Part shown: one piece after another, positions 25,534 to 35,500 of the stretch
How the letters are laid out: every line of letters begins with the position of its first letter
Numbering within the stretch: position 1 is the stretch's first letter
IMG/VR virus record: IMGVR_UViG_3300036805_000175
Span: 1-64,000 of that record
From: a virus
Taxonomy: Duplodnaviria; Caudoviricetes
DNA length: 64,000 bases
Direction: 5' to 3' (one strand)
Notes under the pieces: model-generated
Databases searched by the model: none
Told to the model about the DNA's origin: nothing
Seen by the model: only the letters and a program-made list of their open reading frames with translations
Program-made: the position numbers and the translations under genes

Positions 25534-26667
25534 GTGCCGCAGTACGCCATGCAGGCGGGCAGCCGCATCGCCTCCATGCCCGGGATCGTGCCGCCGGTCA
25601 CGATCACCACCACCGGATCCACGTTCTCCCCGTGGGTGGTGGCGGCACCGGGGGTGACGGTCACCTGGTCATGTCCCAGCGCTGGAGTCACCGCCACCGG
25701 CCTGACACCCACGCTCAGCTTCGGCAGCGCGGCGTCGCGGGTGGTCTACATGACCGCCGTAGACGCGTTCGGCAACGACGCGCTGAACCAGATCACCCTG
25801 TTCAACATCGGGTTCAGCTCTGGGGATGACGTTGGCATCAACAGCCTGCCGTCGTCCTGCAACTGGCCCGTCCAGTCCGTCTCCGGGATCGCTAACGTGA
25901 ACTCGATGACCGGGCTGCAGCTTTTCCTCGCCGCCGGCAACACGGGGCTGACCGGCCCGGTCAGCTTCAACGGCATGACCAGACTGCTCAACATCGAGTG
26001 CTATGCGTCATCGTTCACGTCGGCCACCATTGCCGGCTGCACGTCGCTGGTGCGGTGTGTCATCGAGCAGAACCGGCTGACCACGTTCGACCCGTCCCCA
26101 GCGGCGGCGACGCTGCAGGAACTGCGGATCGCCTTCCAGCAGGGCGGCTCGATGACGCTGCCCGCATCGCTGCCCGCCTTCCCGAACCTGTACCACTGGT
26201 GCCTGCGCGACCAGGCCGTCGTCAACATGCCCAGTTTCGCCAGCGGGTTCCCGGCGCTCACCCAGCTGTGGATCTGGAACACCGGCCAGTCCGGCACGCT
26301 CACCGTCAACTCGGGCGTGCAGATGGACTCGGTCCTCGCCCACAACAACGCCTACACGGCGGCGAACCTGGGCAGCCTGTTCCCCTTCACCGGCGGCCAG
26401 CTCACCGGGCAGATCGCCATGGCCTCCAACGCGCTCACGTCGGTGACCATCAGCGGCGACGGGCAACTGTACAGCGTGGACTTCTCCGCCAACTCACTGC
26501 CGCAGGCCCAGGTGGACTCCATCCTGACGACGGTAAACGGGTACGGCACGGCGGACTCGCTCGGCCTGGTGGACGTGTCCGGCACGGGGAACGCCGCGCC
26601 GTCGGCCACGGGAACGTCAGCGGCGACGGCGCTGCGCGGCCGGAGCTGGACCGTCAACACCAACTAG
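25534..26667 (+). CDS. Leucine-rich-repeat (beta-solenoid) protein
   Basis: Repeated LxxLxLxxNxLT-like units (LVRCVIEQNRLT, LTQLWIWNTGQS, IAMASNALT, VDFSANSL); C-term VDSILTTV...LRGRSWTV. Confidence 0.7.
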   Translation: MPQYAMQAGSRIASMPGIVPPVTITTTGSTFSPWVVAAPGVTVTWSCPSAGVTATGLTPTLSFGSAASRVVYMTAVDAFGNDALNQITLFNIGFSSGDDVGINSLPSSCNWPVQSVSGIANVNSMTGLQLFLAAGNTGLTGPVSFNGMTRLLNIECYASSFTSATIAGCTSLVRCVIEQNRLTTFDPSPAAATLQELRIAFQQGGSMTLPASLPAFPNLYHWCLRDQAVVNMPSFASGFPALTQLWIWNTGQSGTLTVNSGVQMDSVLAHNNAYTAANLGSLFPFTGGQLTGQIAMASNALTSVTISGDGQLYSVDFSANSLPQAQVDSILTTVNGYGTADSLGLVDVSGTGNAAPSATGTSAATALRGRSWTVNTN

Positions 26668-26676
26668 GGGCCTGAC

Positions 26677-28221
26677 GTGGCGATCACCGTCGTCCAGACC
26701 GCCACCGGCACCGGGAACCCCCCCGTCAGCTTCGCCAGCAGCATCACGCCCGGCAACACGGTGATCCTGATCGCGCCGTGCTACAACACCAGCGGCAACC
26801 CCAACACGATCACCGGTGTGAAGCTGGGCGGCGGCACCGTCACCGGGACGGCCGCGTTCTTCAGCCCGGGCACCACGGGCACCGTCAACTCGCCCACCGG
26901 GTCCGGGAACGTTGCCTCCATCGCGATCTGGATGCTGCCCAATATCCAGCTGGCCGGGCAGACCCAGGTCGACTACACGCCCAGCGGAAGCCAGGTCGGC
27001 CAGGTCGCCTACGAGGTCGCCGGGCTCGGCACGTCGCCGTCGCTGGACAAGCCCGCTTCCGGCAGCGGCACCACCACGGGCACCGTAACGTCTGGCAGCA
27101 CCGGGGCCATCACCGGATCGCCGGAACTCATCGTCGGCGGTGCGATGATCTTCGCCGGGGCCACCGGCGCACCGGCGGGGTTCACCACCGCCAACCCGAC
27201 GGGTGACTGCTGGGCCGGCTACCAGATCGCCACGTCGCCCGGTGGTTCCTACACCTGGACACAGACCGGCAACGGCAACCCGTGGGCGGTCGCACTCGCC
27301 ACCATCCAGGGCACCCCGGTAGCACCCCCGCCGGTCTATGTGATCCTCAGCGCACCCTGGCGGCCAGCACCGCCGCCAGGCCGCGTGCCCACGCAGGTCG
27401 TCACCGGCCCGCTCCCGGCACCCCCGGCGAAGCTCGGCGGGATCACGCAGCCCGAGGCCGTCCCGTACCTGCTGCCCAGCGGCGTGGCACCGCAGGTCAT
27501 CACGTCGCTCGTGCCCAGCAGCCCCGGCTCCGTCACGGGCCAGCCGGCCGCGCTCGCTCTCGCCGCCCCGGCGGGTTCGGTCTCTGCGGGCGGCATCATC
27601 GCCGGGGCTACCGCCGCGTTCACCCTCGCCGCACCCGCTGGCACCGTCAGCGCGAGCGGTGGCGTGGCGGGAATCCCGGCCGCGCTGACGTTCACCGCAC
27701 CAGCCGGATCCGTTTCTGCCGGTGCCGCGGTGCAGGGTGCCACGGCATCGCTCACCCTGTCCGCCCCCGCTGGCGCGGCGGGTGCGGGTGCCGGTGCTGC
27801 AGGCAGCGCGGCCAGCCTCACTCTCGCCACCGTCCCCGGTTCAGTGTCGGCTGGCGCTGTCCTCACCGGGGCCACCGCCGGGCTGGTGGCCTCCGCTCCC
27901 GCTGGCACTGTGTCCGCTGGCGCGGCTATCGCCGGGCTGGCCGCACGGCTCGCCCTCGCCGCGAACCCAGGCACCGTCACCACGGGGGCCGGGGTGACCG
28001 GAGTGGCCGCGAGCGTGGCCCTCTCGGCTCCCGCAGGCAGCGTGAGCGCCGCAACTGCTGTCGCCGGGGCGACGGCCACAATGACCCTGGAGGCACCTCC
28101 TGGCCGTGCGTCCACAGCCGCCACGGATCCACTGATCAGCCTCATCCAGTCGTCCGGGGAGCCGCTGGCCATCACCCAGGGTGGCTCCGGGACGCTGCTC
28201 ACCCAGAGCGGGAGGCCGTGA
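26677..28221 (+). CDS. Fibre-like structural protein with 22-aa repeats
   Basis: N-term MAITVVQ beta domain, Pro-rich linker, about 9 repeats ending (A/S)APAG. Confidence 0.65.
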   Translation: MAITVVQTATGTGNPPVSFASSITPGNTVILIAPCYNTSGNPNTITGVKLGGGTVTGTAAFFSPGTTGTVNSPTGSGNVASIAIWMLPNIQLAGQTQVDYTPSGSQVGQVAYEVAGLGTSPSLDKPASGSGTTTGTVTSGSTGAITGSPELIVGGAMIFAGATGAPAGFTTANPTGDCWAGYQIATSPGGSYTWTQTGNGNPWAVALATIQGTPVAPPPVYVILSAPWRPAPPPGRVPTQVVTGPLPAPPAKLGGITQPEAVPYLLPSGVAPQVITSLVPSSPGSVTGQPAALALAAPAGSVSAGGIIAGATAAFTLAAPAGTVSASGGVAGIPAALTFTAPAGSVSAGAAVQGATASLTLSAPAGAAGAGAGAAGSAASLTLATVPGSVSAGAVLTGATAGLVASAPAGTVSAGAAIAGLAARLALAANPGTVTTGAGVTGVAASVALSAPAGSVSAATAVAGATATMTLEAPPGRASTAATDPLISLIQSSGEPLAITQGGSGTLLTQSGRP

Positions 28222-29096
28222 CCGTGGCATATGACATCGGGCAGACCTACCAGACCGCCATCGACGTCACCGACGCCGGCAACCTCCCGGCCACCCCGGA
28301 CCAGGCGGTGCTCACCGTCACCTGGTGGGACGCGGCCGGGCAGCAGGCCAGCGTGTACGCGCTGCATCCCACCGGCAGCCAGCAGCAGCTGCCCGATCCG
28401 GACCCGGCCGGGCATGTGGCGCTCAACTGGCAGTTCACTGAGGCCGCCACCTACTGCTTCGACTGGCAGGCCGACGGGCCCGGTGGTGTGTCCGCGCACT
28501 CCAGCGACTATGTGACCGCGCGCAAGTACATCGCCGCGCTGCCGCTCGCCGACGCGGCGGACTGGGTCGGCCTGTCCGACGCCCAGCAGATGCCCAAGCT
28601 GCGGGCGGCACTCGCGCTGGCCACCAAGATCGCCGAGGACGTGGTCGGCCCGACCGTGCCGCGCACCTACACCGACGACTGGATCCCCGGCACCACCCGG
28701 CCGGTGCTGCGGGTGCCCCGGCCGCCGCTGCCCACCAGTTCCTCGGTGACGGCGCTGCGGAGCGTGTATGACGGCGGCCCGGCGTGGGACCCGGCCGACC
28801 TGATCGTCAACCCGGCCGCCGGGACCATCCGGTGGAAAGCCGGGATGGACTTCTGGTACGGGCCGTGGTTCGTCACCTACACCGCCGGGCGGGCCGAGGT
28901 GAGCGAGAACATCGCCGGCGGCGTCCGGGAGATCCTGTGGGACCTGTGGGCGACGCAGCGGTACATCTTCGGGGACGCGCTGGAGCCGGACGCCGCCGAC
29001 ACGGCCGCGTTCGAGTCGCGGCTGCCGCCGGGCTGGGCGCCGCCGCGGCGGGCGATGGAACTGTTCGGCTCCGACACCCAGCCGTCATTCGGCTAG
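28218..29096 (+). CDS. Head-tail adaptor (gp6-like) with N-terminal Ig-like domain
   Basis: LPLADAADWVGL...KLRAALALATKIAEDVVGP...VTYTAG...GVREILWDLWATQR. Confidence 0.7.
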   Translation: MTVAYDIGQTYQTAIDVTDAGNLPATPDQAVLTVTWWDAAGQQASVYALHPTGSQQQLPDPDPAGHVALNWQFTEAATYCFDWQADGPGGVSAHSSDYVTARKYIAALPLADAADWVGLSDAQQMPKLRAALALATKIAEDVVGPTVPRTYTDDWIPGTTRPVLRVPRPPLPTSSSVTALRSVYDGGPAWDPADLIVNPAAGTIRWKAGMDFWYGPWFVTYTAGRAEVSENIAGGVREILWDLWATQRYIFGDALEPDAADTAAFESRLPPGWAPPRRAMELFGSDTQPSFG

Positions 29097-29142
29097 CCGG
29101 AGCATTTCCGGATTCACGCATAGGGATAGGCAGGAGCCTGCT

Positions 29143-29484
29143 GTGACCGCTTACGCCGCCGACCCGGTGTCCTTCGCCGGCACCACCCCCAATAAGCGCA
29201 CCGGCACCGCCTCGTCCGACAGCGTGCCGCAGGGCTGCCTGCTGCTGGTCATCAACACCACCGCCAACGTGCACAACCTTGACCTCGGCATCAACGCCAC
29301 CTACCGGGGCGTGCAGGTGACTAACAGCACCACCGCCGGGCTCGGCAAGATGCGGTACGCCATCGCCGCGAACGCGTCGCTTTACATCCGGGTGCCCCCG
29401 GACGCCGGCGATGCGAACGGGCAGTGCTCGATCGCCATCGACAACACCGCCTCCGACATCACGTACTACGTAATTGGGGTCTGA
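29143..29484 (+). CDS. Hypothetical structural protein
   Basis: AGGAG RBS; LLLVINT...TYYVIG. Confidence 0.55.
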   Translation: MTAYAADPVSFAGTTPNKRTGTASSDSVPQGCLLLVINTTANVHNLDLGINATYRGVQVTNSTTAGLGKMRYAIAANASLYIRVPPDAGDANGQCSIAIDNTASDITYYVIGV

Positions 29485-29486
29485 CC

Positions 29487-29789
29487 ATGGGATTCACCTT
29501 CGTTTCGGACACCGCTGTCGTCTCTGCCACTGAGGCAAACCAGGACGAGGGAATTGCCTGGGCTGCGGTGGAAGGGCCGGCCGGCTCGACCGGTGTCAAT
29601 GGCGGCGGGTGGGCTGTCGTTGCCAAAGACGATGGCACCTACAGTCAGGAGCCGTTGCCGCTGCCGGTCTACAGCAAGCCTGCACCGAACCCGGAATACC
29701 CCAACTACTGGTTTGTGGGGGTGCCCTGCCCGAAGACAGGTGGTGCCCCCATGCGGGTTTGGGGCCTGTTCTGGACGCCGGATGCCTGA
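29487..29789 (+). CDS. Hypothetical beta-rich protein (lower GC3)
   Basis: ORF; codon usage differs from neighbours. Confidence 0.5.
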   Translation: MGFTFVSDTAVVSATEANQDEGIAWAAVEGPAGSTGVNGGGWAVVAKDDGTYSQEPLPLPVYSKPAPNPEYPNYWFVGVPCPKTGGAPMRVWGLFWTPDA

Positions 29790-29825
29790 TCTGTACATCT
29801 TCACGTTCTGGAGGTAACAGCGATC

Positions 29826-30209
29826 ATGGCCGAACCGCTGGGCATGGCCTACCGGGCCACGCAGCCCATCACCGACCCGGACACCGGTGCCCGCGCCTAC
29901 AACACCGGCGACCTGGTGCACGAATCAGCGCTGGAGGACGGCGGCGGCCGGCTCGGCGTCAGGCTCGGCGTCAACGTCGAGCGGCGTGACCACGTGGCGG
30001 TGTCCCGGCCGGCGAAGAACGCGCCGGCCGCCCTGTGGGTGGAGTTCGCCGTGGCCGAGGGGATGGACAGGGCCGACGCGGAGGGGATGAGCCGCAAGGA
30101 TCTCATCAAGCTGTACGGCGAGGCGGACGACCAGGCCGCCGCGCCGGTGGTGACGCCGGCTGAGACGCCGGCCGGGGATGAGGGTGACGGGAATGCCGTC
30201 ACCGGTTGA
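29826..30209 (+). CDS. Hypothetical protein with Rho-N/HeH-like C-terminal motif
   Basis: WVEFAVAEGMDRADAEGMSRKDLIKLY. Confidence 0.55.
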   Translation: MAEPLGMAYRATQPITDPDTGARAYNTGDLVHESALEDGGGRLGVRLGVNVERRDHVAVSRPAKNAPAALWVEFAVAEGMDRADAEGMSRKDLIKLYGEADDQAAAPVVTPAETPAGDEGDGNAVTG

Positions 30210-30564
30210 GTCCGCCGGGCCCGGCATCACCATCGTGTGGAACCCGGCCGGGCTGGCCGACCTCATTTACAACCCGGACGGCCCGCTGAGCGAGTTCCTG
30301 CACGCCGCCGGGAAGATCGTCACCGCCGGGGCGCAGGCCCGCGCACTGGTGCGCACCGGGAAGATGCGCGACGAGATCACCTACGAGCTGGCCAGGTCCG
30401 CCAAGGGCTGCTACGTGAGCATCGTCTCCCCGGCCACCAACCCGGCCACCGGATTCCCCTACCCGCTGGTGCACGAATCCGCCCACCCGCGGGACCGCCG
30501 CCCGCACCGGTCGCTGGTGCCCGCCCTCGGCGACATCGCCAAGATCACCGAATCCTTGCTCTGA
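30193..30564 (+). CDS. HK97 gp10-like tail completion protein
   Basis: AQARALVRTGKMRDEI...YPLVHE...HRSLVPAL. Confidence 0.65.
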   Translation: MPSPVESAGPGITIVWNPAGLADLIYNPDGPLSEFLHAAGKIVTAGAQARALVRTGKMRDEITYELARSAKGCYVSIVSPATNPATGFPYPLVHESAHPRDRRPHRSLVPALGDIAKITESLL

Positions 30565-30577
30565 AAGGGGCTCACCC

Positions 30578-31126
30578 ATGACCACGACGCAGATCAAGGC
30601 CCAGCAGATCGCCTCCCTGTCGGTGGCCGCCGTGGTCGGCGGTGGCACGTTCGCCGCGGCCACCTATTTCTGGAAGGCCACCGCAGTGGGCCCGTGGGGC
30701 GAGTCCGGCGCGTCCGCGGAGGCGACGGTCGCGGTGGCGCTGAACGGGTCCGCGACGCTGACCATCGGTGCTGCCCCGGCCGGCACTCACCACCTCAACG
30801 TGTACCGGGGCACCGTCACCAACACGGAGAACAAGCTCATCGCCACGCTGCCGGCCGGCACCACCACGTTCACCGACACCGGCACGGCGGGCGTCACGGC
30901 CACCTGCCCGGCCACCGCGGCCGCGTTCGCGGCGCTCACCAAGTCCGGCGGTGTCCCCACCAAGGCCGGCGTGGCCGCGGTTGAGCCGGCCGGGCTGGCC
31001 GAGGGCCTCCAGCTGACCGCCTACGCCGGCGCGGTGGGCTGGTGCGCCAACATCCCCTCCACCACGTGGCAGCAGCGCAACCAGAAGTACATGGCCGCCG
31101 CCGGGCTCGCCCTGCAGGAAGTCTGA
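30578..31126 (+). CDS. Ig/FN3-like structural protein
   Basis: YFWKATAVGPWGESGAS...LNVYRG...TTTFTDTG. Confidence 0.6.
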   Translation: MTTTQIKAQQIASLSVAAVVGGGTFAAATYFWKATAVGPWGESGASAEATVAVALNGSATLTIGAAPAGTHHLNVYRGTVTNTENKLIATLPAGTTTFTDTGTAGVTATCPATAAAFAALTKSGGVPTKAGVAAVEPAGLAEGLQLTAYAGAVGWCANIPSTTWQQRNQKYMAAAGLALQEV

Positions 31127-31245
31127 GGCCGCCCAGGTACTGAGTCGGCATCCATAGACCCGCCAGCCCGGCCGGGCTGGCGAAGGGCCACGCACCGGAT
31201 GCGTGGCCGCTATCTGCCCGCCACCGCCCGTAAGGGAGCACGCCC

Positions 31246-31827
31246 ATGCCGGCTATCACCGTCGCCAAGACACCCATCGCCCGCGACCCCGGGTACCTGT
31301 ACTACGGGCCGCTGGCCACCTCCCTGCCGGCCAACACCGTCGCCGGGTCCGTGTTCACCGACACCTGGCCGGCCGGCTGGGCGCCGTGGGGGGTCACCCG
31401 GTCCGGGAGCGAGTTCCAGTACTCGGTGACCACCGACAACATCGAGGCCGCCGAGTACCTGGACCCGCTCGTCATCGTCACCACCGGCCGCGCCGCGCAG
31501 GTCGCGTTCGAGTGCATCATCCTGTCCGCGACCACGATGAAGCGGGCGCTGAACGGCGGCACCGTCACCACGTCCGGGTCCGGTGCGACCCTGCTCACCA
31601 CGGTCACCCCGCCCATCCCCGGCGCCGAGGTCCGGTCGATGGTCGGCTGGGAGGCGCAGGATGGCACCGAGCGGATGGTGATGGAGCAGGTGTTCCAGGC
31701 CGGCACGATCACCATCGGCCGCGCCAAGGGCAGCGCCAACGCGGGCGTGACCATGGAATTCCACGCAGAGCTTCCGAGTTCCGGGTTCCCTTTCCAGTAC
31801 TTCACGGCGGGTGCGGCGCGTGGCTAG
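31246..31827 (+). CDS. Major tail protein
   Basis: DPGYLYYGPLATSLPANT...WGVTRSGSEFQYSVTT; upstream of TAC and tape measure. Confidence 0.85.
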   Translation: MPAITVAKTPIARDPGYLYYGPLATSLPANTVAGSVFTDTWPAGWAPWGVTRSGSEFQYSVTTDNIEAAEYLDPLVIVTTGRAAQVAFECIILSATTMKRALNGGTVTTSGSGATLLTTVTPPIPGAEVRSMVGWEAQDGTERMVMEQVFQAGTITIGRAKGSANAGVTMEFHAELPSSGFPFQYFTAGAARG

Positions 31828-32401
31828 CGAGACGTGGCCGGGCGAGGCCGGGCCGAGGTTCGATGGCACCCACCAGGTGCAGGCGGAGATGGAAGGCGTC
31901 ACCCTCACCGGCAGCGTCCAGTTGCGCGGCAAGACCTACCGGCTCGGGTCGATGGGCGGCTCCAACGCGGTCGCCGGGATGCAGTTCGCCAAGGCGCAGC
32001 TGCTGAACCTGGACACGAGTGACCCGAAGGGCGGCGCCGCCCTGTGGGACATGCTCCGGTCCTGTTTCCTGGTCTCCCCGCCGTGCGGTGGCTGCGAGGC
32101 GTGCGACCGGGACGACTACGACTCCTGCAAGCAGCTGGACGAGGGCGACTGGCCGGTGTTCCAGCAGCGGGCGCTCGCCCTGTGCGTCCCGCTCGATGAC
32201 ATCTTCGATGTGCTGACCGGGGCGCTGGAGCAGATCGCGGCACGCCCTACCCCGCCGCCGTCCGGCTCCTCGTCACCGGATGCCACGACCTCGCCGAGAT
32301 CGAGGGCGAGCTCATCCGCACCGGTGCGGCAACTGCCGGCGGCGTTCCAGGCGGCGCAGGAGTCTGGGGACCTGATCGACGTGGCCCAGCTAGCCCGCTA
32401 G
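31820..32401 (+). CDS. Tail assembly chaperone (gpG-like)
   Basis: Position; ends RPTPPPSGSS... Confidence 0.75.
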   Translation: MASETWPGEAGPRFDGTHQVQAEMEGVTLTGSVQLRGKTYRLGSMGGSNAVAGMQFAKAQLLNLDTSDPKGGAALWDMLRSCFLVSPPCGGCEACDRDDYDSCKQLDEGDWPVFQQRALALCVPLDDIFDVLTGALEQIAARPTPPPSGSSSPDATTSPRSRASSSAPVRQLPAAFQAAQESGDLIDVAQLAR

Positions 32402-32586
32402 CGGGCCTGTCCATCCGGCTGTTCTGCAACCTCGTGTATGCCCGGCTGGCCGCAGCCTGCCCGGACGCGAAGACGCGGGACGAACTGGAGCACGAACTGT
32501 CCGCGCCGGCCCGGGGCTGGGGCGCGGTCGAAGCCGACCTGTGGGCGCGGGTCAGCGCCGCCCCCGACACCGACGACGGGGGGTGA
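32243..32586 (+). CDS. Tail assembly chaperone -1 frameshift extension (gpGT-like)
   Basis: At CGC CCT ACC (32243-32251) the -1 frame reads PYPAAVRLLVTGCHDLAEIEGELI...LFCNLVYARL...DDGG* and is open to 32586. Confidence 0.65.
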
Positions 32587-32594
32587 GCTAGGCC

Positions 32595-35500
32595 GTGGTG
32601 ATGCTGGGCGCGGTGCGGGTGGCGGTGCTGCCGGACCTGGCCGGGTTCACCCCCGCCGTCCGCCGCGGCGTCGCCGGGGCCAACCTCGGCGCCGAGGGCA
32701 AGAAGGCCGGGAAGGCGTACGGGTCCGGGCTGTCCGGGGCGCTCAAGTCGCTCAAGGGCACCCTGGCCGTGGCCGGGATCGCCGGGCTGGCCATCGGCAT
32801 CGACAAGTCCGTCAAGGCCGCCAGCGAGTTCCAGTCCCAGATGGAGAAGATCCACACCCAGGCCGGCGGCACGCAGCGGGACGTCACCAGCCTGTCCAAG
32901 GCCATCCTCGGCATGACGAACGCGCAGCAGGGACCGCAGCAGCTCGCCCAGGCCATGTTCCATCTCAAGTCCGTTGGCCTGGACAACGTCAACGCGATGA
33001 AGGCGCTGAAGGCCGCCTCCGACCTGGCGGCGGTCGGCGGCGCCGACCTCGAGGACACCACCAACGCGGTCGCCGGGGCGTGGCGGTCCGGGGTCAAGGG
33101 CGCGCAGACGTTCGGCCAGGCCGCCGCCACGGTCAACTCGATCGTCGGCGCCGGCAACGTCAAGATGGGTGACCTGGTCAACGCCATCGGCACCGGCATC
33201 CTGCCGTCCGCCCGGGCGTTCGGCGTCAGTTTCAAGTCCGTCGGGGCCGCGCTGGCGCTGATGACCGACGAGGGCATCCCCGCCCAGCAGGCCGCCACCC
33301 GGCTGCGGATGTCCCTGTCGCTGCTTGGCGCGCCGTCCAACGCGGCTGAGCAGCAGCTGAAGTCCATCGGCCTGACCGGCCTGAAGCTCGCCAACGACCT
33401 GCGCTCGCCGGGCGGGATCGTCGCGGCCATCGGTGACCTGAAGTCCCACCTGGAGGCGTCCGGGAAGTCGGCGTCCGCGCAGGCGCAGATCCTGTCCCAC
33501 GCGTTCGGCGGCGGCCGGTCCTCGTCCGCGATCCTCACCCTGATCAACAACTACGGCGTGCTGCAGCGCAAGCAGGACCAGGTCAACGCCGGCATCAGCA
33601 AGTTCGGCGAGGACGTGGCAGCGCAGAAGCAGACCGCCGAAGCCCAGTTCCACATCCTCGGCGCCAACGTGGAACGGCTCGGCATCAGCATCGGCAACGT
33701 GCTCCTCCCCGCCGCGGCGGGGTTCACGAAGTTCCTCAACACGTTCCTGGTTCCCGGGCTCGGCCATCTCGCCTCCGCGCTGACCGGCAGCGGGAAGGGC
33801 AGCACGATCCTGCGCGACTCCCTGTTCGGGGTGGCGGCGGCGTTCGCGGCGCTCAAGTCCATCGGCCTCGTCACCCGGCTGATCTCCAGCTCGGCCGCGT
33901 CGTTCGGCCGGCTCGCCCTGGTGTTCCGGTCAATGAAGGACGCCGCCGCCGCCGGCACGGGCATCAAGACTCTCGCATCCGGCGTTGGCACGCTCGCCGC
34001 CAGGCAGGGCACCGCCGTCGCCGGCGCAGGCGCGCTCGGCGCGGCCATCGGCGGCATCTCCCTGTCCGCCGCCGGGGCGACGCTCGGCCTCGGCGCGGTC
34101 GCCGCTGGCGTCGGCTATTACATCTACACGCAGCGGAACAGCCTCACCCTGTCCCAGCAGATCAACCGGCAGTTCGACACGGAACGGGCCAAGCTCGGCT
34201 TCAACGCCGCCGCCTATGACAAGCTGGCCGGCTCCATCGGCAAGCAGGCCAGGGCGCAGGAACAGGTCTCCCAGGGCGGTGGCCGGCTCGACGCTGTCGT
34301 GCAGAACAACACCGCCCGGATCACCACCTACGCCACCCAGCAGAACAAGGCCGTCACCGCCGGGAAGAATCTCAGCGACGCGCTCAACTCCATCCAGATC
34401 CGGATGAACACCAGCCGCGGCGATGCGATCAACCTGGCGCAGGCGGCCGGGGTGTCGGCGAAGCAGCTCGCCGCGGGCGGCGAGGCCGGCCGGAAAGCCG
34501 CCGCGAAGGTGGCCGCCTACGGGCAGGCCAACGAGGCGGCCGTGCAGCCGGTCAAGGGGCTGAACACCGACCTCCAGGTCACCTCCAACAAGGCGCTGTC
34601 GGCCACCGACCGGATCAACGGGCTGACCTCGGCGCTGGGCAAGCTACTTGACCCGCTCACCTCCAACTCGGACAACCTGGTCACGTTCTACAACGACCTC
34701 AAGACCGCCACCGGCAATCTGAGGGCCAGCGGCGGTGCGATGGGCTACCTGACCCAGAAGCAGCGGGACTCCCGGGGATCATTCAACGCCGTGCTGGGCG
34801 ACCTGGAGTCGCTGATCACCAACACCCACCAGTCCTCCACGCAGCTGGACGCGAACCGGAAGATGGTGGAGAAGGAGATCCCGCGGCTGTATGACCTGGC
34901 CGGGTCCAACAAGTCCGCCCGGGCCGAGGTGGCCGCACTGGCCAAGGCGGTCCGCGGGCAGACCGGCGACATCGGCGCCGGGCACGGCAACCGGGCCGAC
35001 CTCACGAAACAGACCGGGCAGGCCGGGCAGACCGCCAGCACCGCCAAGGGCGACATCACCCGGCTGGCCACCGCGATCCGGCACATCCCCTCCTTCGAGG
35101 GTTTCAAGCTGCAGATGACCGGTTCCGGCGCGTACACCATCCACGGGCCCGGGGCCAACTTCATCGGCCCGGCCACCGGCCGCGGCGGGGTGGGGTCGCG
35201 GCCCCGCGCCGGCGGCGGCCCGGTCACCGGCCCGGGCGGGCCCCGGGACGACCGGGCCGGCCTGTTCGCCCTGTCCAACAAGGAATGGGTGATCCAGGCC
35301 CGGTCGGCCAGCAAGTACGGCAGCACGGCGATGTCCGCCGTCAACGCCGGCACCGCCCAGATCGTCGTGCCCGGCCTGGCCGCCGGAGGCCTGGTGGAGG
35401 CGGGCAGCCAGGCGGTGCTGTCCGGCCAGTACGCGGTGAACATGACCGGCACGTTCAGGAAGGACCTCACTCACAGCATGGCCTCGGCGATGCGGGAGGC

